Shown: positions 53,701 to 64,000 of the stretch, piece after piece | How positions within the stretch are numbered: the first letter of the stretch is position 1 | Layout: the number at the start of each line of letters is the position of its first letter | Source: Azolla caroliniana | Taxonomy: Eukaryota; Plantae; Polypodiophyta | Assembly: GCA_043228905.1 (NCBI GenBank) | Contig: JBHGNT010000038.1 | Coordinates: 1 to 64,000, forward strand | Direction: 5' to 3' | DNA length: 64,000 nucleotides | The notes under the pieces: generated by a model | What the model saw: the letters and a program-made list of their open reading frames with translations, nothing else | Told to the model about the DNA's origin: nothing | Databases searched by the model: none | Translations under genes and position numbers: made by a program

Positions 53701-55200
53701 CTTGAGTAAATTAAAATGGTCATACCTAGAGAGTGTGATATCGGATTTTTGTGTACAAACATGCGCATCGAAGCTAACAACGCTAGCTATGATATGGAAT
53801 TAAAAAATCAAGACTTTGAAACTCAGGTCAAGAGACATGACGAAATTACTAAATCTGAGGAGGGAGTTGAGAGGGGCCCTTGAGTAAATTAAAATGGTCA
53901 TACCTAGCTCGTGTGATATCGGATTTTTGTGTTCAAACATGCGAATCGAAGCTAACAACGCTAGCTACGACATGGAATAAAAAAAATCAAGATTTTGAAA
54001 CTCAGGTCAAGAGACATGACGAAATTAGCAAATTTGAGGAGTGAGTTAAGAAGAGCTATTAGGTAAATTAAAATGTTCATACCTGGCTCGTGTGATATCG
54101 GATTTTTGTGTTCAAACCTGTGAATCGAAGCTAACAACGCTAGGTATGATATGGAATTACAAAATCAAGATTTGGAAACTCCAGGCGAGAGACATGACGA
54201 AATTACCAAATTTGAGGAGTGAGGTTGGAAGAGCGCGTGAGTGAATTAAAATGTTCATACCTGGCTCGTGTGATATCGGATTTTTGTGTTCAAACATGCG
54301 AATCGAAGCTAACAACGCTAGCTATGATATGGAATTAAAAAATCAAGATTTTGAAACTCAGGTCAAGAGACATGACGAAATTAGCAAATTTGAGGAGTGA
54401 GTTGAGAGGAGCCCTTGAGTAAATTAAAATGGTCATACATAGCGAGTGTGATATCGGATTTTTGTGTACAAACATGCGAATCGAAGCTAACAACGCTAGC
54501 TATGATATGGAATTAAAAAATCAAGATTTTGAAACTCAGGTCGAGAGACATGACGAAATTACCAAATTTGAGGAGGGAGTTGAGAGGGACCCTTGAGTAA
54601 ATTAAAATGGTCATGCCTAGCGAGTGTGATATCGGATTTTTGTGTACAAACATGCGAATCGAAGCTAACAACGCTAGCTATGATATGGAATTAAAAAATC
54701 AAGATTTTGAAACTCAGGTCGAGAGACATGACGAAATTACCAAATTTGAGGAAGGAGTTGAGAGGAGCCCTTGAGTAAATTAAAATGGTCATACCTAGAG
54801 AGTGTGATATCGGATTTTTGTGTTCAAACATTGGAATCGAAGCTAACAACGCTAGGTATGATATAGAATTAAAAAATCAAGATTTTGAAACTCAGGTCGA
54901 GAGACATGACGAAATTACCAAATTTGAGGAGTGAGTTAAGAAGAGCTATTAGGTAAATTATAATGTTCATACCTGGCTCGTGTGATATCGGATTTCTGTG
55001 TTCAAACATGCGAATCGAAGCTAATAACGCTAGCTATGATATGGAATTAAAAAATCAATATTTTGAAACTCAGGTCGAGAGACATGACGAAATTAGCAAA
55101 TTTGAGGAGTGAGTTGAGATGAGCCCTTGAGTAAATTAAAATGTTCATACATAGCGAGTGTGATATCGGATTTTTGTGTACAAACATGCGAATCGAAGCT
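50790..55200. repeat. 11-monomer tandem duplication (1959 bp), with a further copy at a 28-monomer offset (4986 bp) at about 55200-57370
   Basis: catgcgcatc at 51801, 53760 and 56787. atatggcatt variant at 50771/55757. ORFs 51547/53506/56533 and 50301/55287. Confidence 0.87.
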
Positions 55201-57369
55201 AATAACGCTAGCTATGATATGGAATTAAAAAATCAAGATTTTGCAACTCAAGTCAAGAGACATGAAGAAATTACCAAATTTGAGGAGTGAGGTTGGAAGA
55301 GCGCGTGAGTGAATTAAAATGTTCATACCTGGCTCGTGTGATATCGGATTTTTGTGTTCAAACATGCGAATCGAAGCTAACAACGCTAGCTATGATATGG
55401 AATAAAAAAAACAAGATTTTCAAACTCAGGTCAAGAGACATGACGAAATTAGCAAATTTGAGGAGTGAGTTGAGAGGAGCCCTTGAGTAAATTAAAATGT
55501 TCATACATAGCGAGTGTGATATCGGATTTTTGTGTACAAACATGCGAATCGAAGCTAACAACGCTAGCTATGATATGGAATTAAAAAATCAAGATTTTGA
55601 AACTCAGGTCGAGAGACATGACGAAATTACCAAATTTGAGGAGGGGGTTGAGAGGGGCCCTTGAGTAAATTAAAATGTTCATACCTAGCTCGTGTGATAT
55701 CGGATTTTTGTGTTCAAACATGCGAATCGAAGCTAACAACGCTAGCTATGATATGGCATTAAAAAATCAAGATTTTGAAACTCAGGTCGAGAGACATGAC
55801 GAAATTACCAAATTTGAGGAGGGAGTTGAGAGGAGCCCTTGAGTAAATTAAAATGGTCATACCTAGAGAGTGTGATATCGGATTTTTGTGTTCAAACATT
55901 GGAATCGAAGCTAACAACGCTAGGTATGATATAGAATTAAAAAATCAAGATTTTGAAACTCAGGTCGAGAGACATGACGAAATTACCAAATTTGAGGAGT
56001 GAGTTAAGAAGAGCTATTAGGTAAATTATAATGTTCATACCTAGCTCGTGTGATATCGGATTTCTGTGTTCAAACATGCGAATCGAAGCTAATAACGCTA
56101 GCTATGATATGGAATTAAAAAATCAATATTTTGAAACTCAGGTCGAGAGACATGACGAAATTAGCAAATTTGAGGAGTGAGTTGAGATGAGCCCTTGAGT
56201 AAATTAAAATGTTCATACATAGCGAGTGTGATATCGGATTTTTGTGTACAAACATGCGAATCGAAGCTAACAACGCTAGCTATGATATGGAATTAAAAAA
56301 TCAAGATTTTGAAACTCAGGTCGAGAGACATGACGAAATTACCAAATTTGAGGAGTGAGTTGAGAGGAGCCCTTGAGTAAATTATAATGTTCATACCTGG
56401 TTCGTGTGATATCGGATTTTTGTGTTCAAACATGCGAATCGAAGCTAATAACGCTAGCTATGATATGGAATTAAAAAATCAAGATTTTGCAACTCAAGTC
56501 AAGAGACATGAAGAAATTACCAAATTTGAGGAGTGAGGTTGGAAGAGCGCGTGAGTGAATTAAAATGTTCATACCTGGCTCGTGTGATATCGGATTTTTG
56601 TGTTCAAACATGCGAATCGAAGCTAACAACGCTAGCTATGATATGGAATAAAAAAAACAAGATTTTGAAACTCAGGTCAAGAGACATGACGAAATTAGCA
56701 AATTTGAAGAGTGAGTTGAGAGGAGCCCTTGAGTAAATTAAAATGGTCATACCTAGAGAGTGTGATATCGGATTTTTGTGTACAAACATGCGCATCGAAG
56801 CTAACAACGCTAGCTATGATATGGAATTAAAAAATCAAGACTTTGAAACTCAGGTCAAGAGACATGACGAAATTACTAAATTTGAGGAGGGAGTTGAGAG
56901 GGGCCCTTGAGTAAATTAAAATGGTCATACCTAGCTCGTGTGATATCGGATTTTTGTGTTCAAACATGCGAATCGAAGCTAACAACGCTAGCTACGACAT
57001 GGAATAAAAAAAATCAAGATTTTGAAACTCAGGTCAAGAGACATGACGAAATTAGCAAATTTGAGGAGTGAGTTAAGAAGAGCTATTAGGTAAATTAAAA
57101 TGTTCATACCTGGCTCGTGTGATATCGGATTTTTGTGTTCAAACCTGTGAATCGAAGCTAACAACGCTAGCTATGATATGGAATTACAAAATCAAGATTT
57201 GGAAACTCCAGGCGAGAGACATGACGAAATTACCAAATTTGAGGAGTGAGGTTGGAAGAGCGCGTGAGTGAATTAAAATGTTCATACCTGGCTCGTGTGA
57301 TATCGGATTTTTGTGTTCAAACATGCGAATCGAAGCTAACAACGCTAGCTATGATATGGAATTAAAAAA

Positions 57370-60300
57370 TCAAGATTTTGAAACTTACGTCGAGAGATAT
57401 GACGAAATTAGCAAATTTGAGGAGTGAGTTGAGAGGAGCCCTTGAGTAAATTAAAATGGTCATACCTAGCGAGTGTGATATCGGATTTTTGTGTTCAAAC
57501 ATGCGAATCTAAGCTAACAACGCTAGCTATGATATGGAATTAAAAAATCAAGATTTTGAAACTCAGGTCGAGAGACATGACGAAATTACCAAATTTGAGG
57601 AGCGAGTTAAGAAGAGCTATTAGGTAAATTACAATGTTCATACCTGGCTCGTGTGATATCGGTTTTTTGTGTTCAAACATGCGAATCGAAGCTAACAATG
57701 CTAGCTATGATATGGAATTAAAAAATCAAGATTTTGAAACTCAGGTCGAGAGATATGACGAAATTAGCAAATTTGAGGAGTGAGTTGAGAGGAGCCCTTG
57801 AGTAAATTAAAATGGTCATACCTAGCGAGTGTGATATCGGATTTTTGTGTTCAAACATGCGAATCTAAGCTAACAACGCTAGCTATGATATGGAATTAAA
57901 AAATCAAGATTTTGAAACTCAGGTCGAGAGACATGACGAAATTAGCAAATTTGAGGAGTGAGTTGAGATGAGCCCTTGAGTAAATTAAAATGTTCATACA
58001 TAGCGAGTGTGATATCGGATTTTTGTGTACAAACATGCGAATCGAAGCTAACAACGCTAGCTATGATATGGAATTAAAAAATCAAGATTTTGAAACTCAG
58101 GTCAAGAGACATGAAGAAATTAGCAAATTTGAGGAGTGAGTTGAGAGGAGCCCTTGAGTAAATTAAAATGGTCATACATAGCGAGTGTGATATCGGATTT
58201 TTGTGTACAAACATGCGAATCGAAGCTAACAACGCTAGCTATGATATGGAATTGAAAAATGAAGATTTTGAAACTCAGGTCGAGAGACATGACAAAATTA
58301 CCAAATTTGAGGAGTGAGTAGAGAAGAGCCCTTGAGTAGATAAAAATGTTCATACCTAGCTCGTGTGATATCGGATTTTTGTGTTCAAACATCCGAATCG
58401 AAGCTAACAACGCTAGCTATGATATTGAATTAAAAAATCAAGATTTTGAAACTAAGGTCGAGAGACATGACGAAATTAGCAAATTTGAGGAGTGAGTTGA
58501 GAGGAGCCCTCGAGTAAATTAAAATGGTCATACCTAGCGAGTGTGATATCGGTTTTTTGTGTACAAACATGCGAATCGAAGCTAACAATGCTAGCTATGA
58601 TATGGAATTAAAAAATCAAGATTTTGAAACTCAGGTCGAGAGACAGGAAGAAATTACCAAATTTGAGGAGGGAGTTAAGAAGAGCTATTAGGTAAATTAC
58701 AATGTTCATACCTGGCTCGTGTGATATCGGATTTTTGTGTTCAAACATTGGAATCGAAGCTAACAACGCTAGGTATGATATAGAATTAAAAAATCAAGAT
58801 TTTGAAACTCAGGTCGAGAGACATGACGAAATTACCAAATTTGAGGAGTGAGTTAAGGAGAGCTATTAGGTAAATTATAATGTTCATACCTGGCTCGTGT
58901 GATATCGGATTTCTGTGTTCAAACATGCGAATCGAAGCTAATAACGCTAGCTATGATATGGAATTAAAAAATCAATATTTTGAAACTCAGGTCGAGAGAC
59001 ATGACGAAATTAGCAAATTTGAGGAGTGAGTTGAGATGAGCCCTTGAGTAAATTAAAATGTTCATACATAGCGAGTGTGATATCGGATTTTTGTGTACAA
59101 ACATGCGAATCGAAGCTAACGACGCTAGCTATGATATGGAATTAAAAAATCAAGATTTTGAAACTCAGGTCGAGAGACATTACGAAATTACCAAATTTGA
59201 GGAGTGAGTTGAGAGGAGCCCTTGAGTAAATTATAATGTTCATACCTGGTTCGTGTGATATCGGATTTTTGTGTTCAAACATGCGAATCGAAGCTAATAA
59301 CGCTAGCTATGATATGGAATTAAAAAATCAAGATTTTGCAACTCAAGTCAAGAGACATGAAGAAATTACCAAATTTGAGGAGTGAGGTTGGAAGAGCGCG
59401 TGAGTGAATTAAAATGTTCATACCTGGCTCGTGTGATATCGGATTTTTGTGTTCAAACATGCGAATCGAAGCTAACAACGCTAGCTATGATATGGAATAA
59501 AAAAAACAAGATTTTCAAACTCAGGTCAAGAGACATGACGAAATTAGCAAATTTGAGGAGTGAGTTGAGAGGAGCCCTTGAGTAAATTAAAATGTTCATA
59601 CATAGCGAGTGTGATATCGGATTTTTGTGTACAAACATGTGAATCGAAGCTAACAACGCTAGGTATGATATGGAATTACAAAATCAAGATTTGGAAACTC
59701 CAGGCGAGAGACATGACGAAATTACCAAATTTGAGGAGTGAGGTTGGAAGAGCGCGTGAGTGAATTAAAATGTTCATACCTGGCTCGTGTGATATCGGAT
59801 TTTTGTGTTCAAACATGCGAATCGAAGCTAACAACGCTAGCTATGATATGGAATTAAAAAATCAAGATTTTGAAACTCAGGTCAAGAGACATGACGAAAT
59901 TAGCAAATTTGAGGAGTGAGTTGAGAGGAGCCCTTGAGTAAATTAAAATGGTCATACATAGCGAGTGTGATATCGGATTTTTGTGTACAAACATGCGAAT
60001 CGAAGCTAATAACGCTAGCTATGATATGGAATTAAAAAATCAAGATTTTGAAACTCAGGTCGAGAGACATGACGAAATTACCAAATTTGAGGAGGGAGTT
60101 GAGAGGGACCCTTGAGTAAATTAAAATGGTCATGCCTAGCGAGTGTGATATCGGATTTTTGTGTACAAACATGCGAATCGAAGCTAACAACGCTAGCTAT
60201 GATATGGAATTAAAAAATCAAGATTTTGAAACTCAGGTCGAGAGACATGACGAAATTACCAAATTTGAGGAGTGAGTTGAGAGGAGCCCTTGAGTAAATT

Positions 60301-62900
60301 ATAATGTTCATACCTGGTTCGTGTGATATCGGATTTTTGTGTTCAAACATGCGAATCGAAGCTAATAACGCTAGCTATGATATGGAATTAAAAAATCAAG
60401 ATTTTGCAACTCAAGTCAAGAGACATGAAGAAATTACCAAATTTGAGGAGTGAGGTTGGAAGAGCGCGTGAGTGAATTAAAATGTTCATACCTGGCTCGT
60501 GTGATATCGGATTTTTGTGTTCAAACATGCGAATCGAAGCTAACAACGCTAGCTATGATATGGAATAAAAAAAACAAGATTTTCAAACTCAGGTCAAGAG
60601 ACATGACGAAATTAGCAAATTTGAGGAGTGAGTTGAGAGGAGCCCTTGAGTAAATTAAAATGTTCATACATAGCGAGTGTGATATCGGATTTTTGTGTAC
60701 AAACATGCGAATCGAAGCTAACAACGCTAGCTATGATATGGAATTAAAAAATCAAGATTTTGAAACTCAGGTCGAGAGACATGACGAAATTACCAAATTT
60801 GAGGAGGGGGTTGAGAGGGGCCCTTGAGTAAATTAAAATGTTCATACCTAGCTCGTGTGATATCGGATTTTTGTGTTCAAACATGCGAATCGAAGCTAAC
60901 AACGCTAGCTATGATATGGAATAAAAAAAACAAGATTTTGAAACTCAGGTCGAGAGACATGATGAAATTACCAAATTTGAGGAGTGAGTTGAGAGGAGCC
61001 CTTGAGTAAATTAAAATGGTCATACCTAGCGAGTGTGATATCGGATTTTTGTGTACAAACATGCGAATCGAAGCTAACAACGCTAGCTATGATATGGAAT
61101 TAAAAAATCAAGATTTTGAAACTTACGTCGAGAGATATGACGAAATTAGCAAATTTGAGGAGTGAGTTGAGAGGAGCCCTTGAGTAAATTAAAATGGTCA
61201 TACCTAGCGAGTGTGATATCGGATTTTTGTGTTCAAACATGCGAATCTAAGCTAACAACGCTAGCTATGATATGGAATTAAAAAATCAAGATTTTGAAAC
61301 TCAGGTCGAGAGACATGACGAAATTACCAAATTTGAGGAGCGAGTTAAGAAGAGCTATTAGGTACATTACAATGTTCATACCTGGCTCGTGTGATATCGG
61401 TTTTTTGTGTTCAAACATGCGAATCGAAGCTAACAATGCTAGCTATGATATGGAATTAAAAAATCAAGATTTTGAAACTCAGGTCGAGAGATATGACGAA
61501 ATTAGCAAATTTGAGGAGTGAGTTGAGAGGAGCCCTTGAGTAAATTAAAATGGTCATACCTAGCGAGTGTGATATCGGATTTTTGTGTTCAAACATGCGA
61601 ATCTAAGCTAACAACGCTAGCTATGATATGGAATTAAAAAATCAAGATTTTGAAACTCAGGTCGAGAGACATGACGAAATTAGCAAATTTGAGGAGTGAG
61701 TTGAGATGAGCCCTTGAGTAAATTAAAATGTTCATACATAGCGAGTGTGATATCGGATTTTTGTGTACAAACATGCGAATCGAAGCTAACAACGCTAGCT
61801 ATGATATGGAATTAAAAAATCAAGATTTTGAAACTCAGGTCAAGAGACATGAAGAAATTAGCAAATTTGAGGAGTGAGTTGAGAGGAGCCCTTGAGTAAA
61901 TTAAAATGGTCATACATAGCGAGTGTGATATCGGATTTTTGTGTACAAACATGCGAATCGAAGCTAACAACGCTAGCTATGATATGGAATTGAAAAATGA
62001 AGATTTTGAAACTCAGGTCGAGAGACATGACAAAATTACCAAATTTGAGGAGTGAGTAGAGAGGAGCCCTTGAGTAGATAAAAATGTTCATACCTAGCTC
62101 GTGTGATATCGGATTTTTGTGTTCAAACATCCGAATCGAAGCTAACAACGCTAGCTATGATATTGAATTAAAAAATCAAGATTTTGAAACTAAGGTCGAG
62201 AGACATGACGAAATTAGCAAATTTGAGGAGTGAGTTGAGAGGAGCCCTCGAGTAAATTAAAATGGTCATACCTAGCGAGTGTGATATCGGTTTTTTGTGT
62301 ACAAACATGCGAATCGAAGCTAACAATGCTAGCTATGATATGGAATTAAAAAATCAAGATTTTGAAACTCAGGTCGAGAGACAGGAAGAAATTACCAAAT
62401 TTGAGGAGGGAGTTAAGAAGAGCTATTAGGTAAATTACAATGTTCATACCTGGCTCGTGTGATATCGGATTTTTGTGTTCAAACATTGGAATCGAAGCTA
62501 ACAACGCTAGGTATGATATAGAATTAAAAAATCAAGATTTTGAAACTCAGGTCGAGAGACATGACGAAATTACCAAATTTGAGGAGTGAGTTAAGGAGAG
62601 CTATTAGGTAAATTATAATGTTCATACCTGGCTCGTGTGATAACGGATTTCTGTGTTCAAACATGCGAATCGAAGCTAATAACGCTAGCTATGATATGGA
62701 ATTAAAAAATCAATATTTTGAAACTCAGGTCGAGAGACATGACGAAATTAGCAAATTTGAGGAGTGAGTTGAGATGAGCCCTTGAGTAAATTAAAATGTT
62801 CATACATAGCGAGTGTGATATCGGATTTTTGTGTACAAACATGCGAATCGAAGCTAACAACGCTAGCTATAATATGAAATTAAAAAATCAAGATTTTGAA
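57370..62900. repeat. Block duplication at a 21-monomer offset (3738 bp): about 57370-59200 repeated at about 61110-62900
   Basis: Private variants gatattgaat (58421/62159), agacaggaag (58641/62379) and agttaaggag (58851/62589). ORFs 58120/61858. Confidence 0.87.
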
Positions 62901-64000
62901 ACTCAGGTCGAGAGACATGACGAAATTACCAAATTTGAGGAGTGAGTTGAGAGGAGCCCTTGAGTAAATTAAAATGGTCATACCTAGCGAGTGTGATATC
63001 GAATTTTTGTGTACAAACATGCGAATCGAAGCTAACAACGCTAGCTGTGATATGCAATTAAAAAATCAAGATATTGAAACTCAGGTCGAGAGACATGAAG
63101 AAATTACCAAATTTGAGGAGTGAGGTTAGAAGAGCGCGTGAGTGAATTAAAATGTTCATACCTGGCTCGTGTGATATCTGATTTTTGTGTTCAAACCTGC
63201 GAATCGAAGCTAACAACGCTAGCTATGATATGGAATTACAAAATCAAGATTTTGAAACTCCAGGCGAGAGACATGACGAAATTACCAAATTTGAGGAGTG
63301 AGGTTGGAAGAGCGCGTGAGTGAATTAAAATGTTCATACCTGGCTCGTGTGATATCGGATTTTTGTGTACAAACATGCGAATCGAAGCTAACAACGCTAG
63401 CTATGATATGGAATTAAAAAATCAAGATTTTGAAACCCAGGTCGCGAGACATGACGAAATTACCAAATTTGAGGAGGGAGTTGAGAGGAGCCCTTGAGTA
63501 AATTAAAATGGTCATACCTAGCGAGTGTGATATCGGATTTTTGTGTACAAACATGTGAATCGAAGCTAACAACGCTAGCTATGATATGGAATTGAAAAAT
63601 CAAGATTTTGAAACTCAGGTGGAGAGACATGACGAAATTAGCAAATTTGAGGAGTGAGTTGAGAGGAGCCCTTGAGTAAATTAAAATGGTCATACCTAGC
63701 GAGTGTGATATCGCACTTTTGTGTACAAACATGCGAATCGAAGCTAACAACGCTAGCTATGATATGGAATTAAAAAATCAAGATTTTGAAACTCAGGTCG
63801 AGAGACATGACGAAATTAGCAAATTTGAGGAGGGAGTTGAGAGGAGCCCTTGAGTAAATTAAAATGGTCATACCTGGCTCGTGTGATATCGGATTTTTGT
63901 GTTCAAACATGCGAATCGAAGCTCACAACGCTAGCTATAATATGGAATTAAAAAATCAATATTTTGAAAGTCAGGTCGAGAGACATGACGAAATTAGCAA

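Larger units (their letters stand above)
1..64000. repeat. Tandem satellite DNA array, 178-bp monomer, about 360 copies, single orientation (centromere/heterochromatin-type satellite)
   Basis: Consensus aattaaaatgttcatacctggctcgtgtgatatcggatttttgtgttcaaacatgcgaatcgaagctaacaacgctagctatgatatggaattaaaaaatcaagattttgaaactcaggtcgagagacatgacgaaattagcaaatttgaggagtgagttgagaggagcccttgagta recurs every 178 bp (starts at 1, 179, 357...). ORF-track offsets are multiples of 178 (e.g. 706 to 884; 25560 to 27874 = 13x178). A centromeric role is inferred from monomer size only. Confidence 0.99.

Noticed and set aside
350-63750. About 70 short ORFs (60-129 aa) on both strands
   Set aside because: All are translations of the same satellite monomer, opened or closed by single SNPs that remove a TAA (e.g. 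ggaattaa to ggaataaa or ggaatgaa). Many start at TTG/GTG, they overlap on opposite strands, and I recognise no domain.
1-64000. CRISPR-like or other repeat-spacer array (conserved part plus variable cassette)
   Set aside because: The variable segment has only about four related, reused alleles rather than unique spacers, the period is 178 bp, and there are no cas genes.
1-64000. Centromeric retrotransposon insertion or array inversion
   Set aside because: Apart from the two telomeric tracts I saw no non-satellite sequence and no strand switch while reading the window.

Overview
The whole 64-kb window is one uninterrupted head-to-tail tandem satellite array. It has about 360 copies of a 178-bp monomer, about 38% GC by hand count of the consensus, all in one orientation. 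I see no gene, transposon, RNA gene or CRISPR array, and every listed ORF is a by-product of the repeat. The monomer size and two Arabidopsis-type telomeric tracts suggest plant centromeric, pericentromeric or subtelomeric heterochromatin (inference; I cannot name the species or satellite family). The most notable feature is two identical (CCCTAAA)7 tracts at 11867-11915 and 16052-16100. Comparison with insert-free paralogues in the same window (7992-8440 and 18679-19127) shows the tract replaced 449 bp of satellite, with in-register microhomologies at both junctions, and was then copied by a 4185-bp tandem duplication. This looks like a telomerase- or telomere-templated break-repair scar being amplified inside a satellite. 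The array also has layered higher-order structure (2-, 6/7-, 11-, 13-, 14-, 21-, 24- and 28-monomer periods), a 21-bp deletion lineage, two templated-insertion scars and signs of gene conversion.
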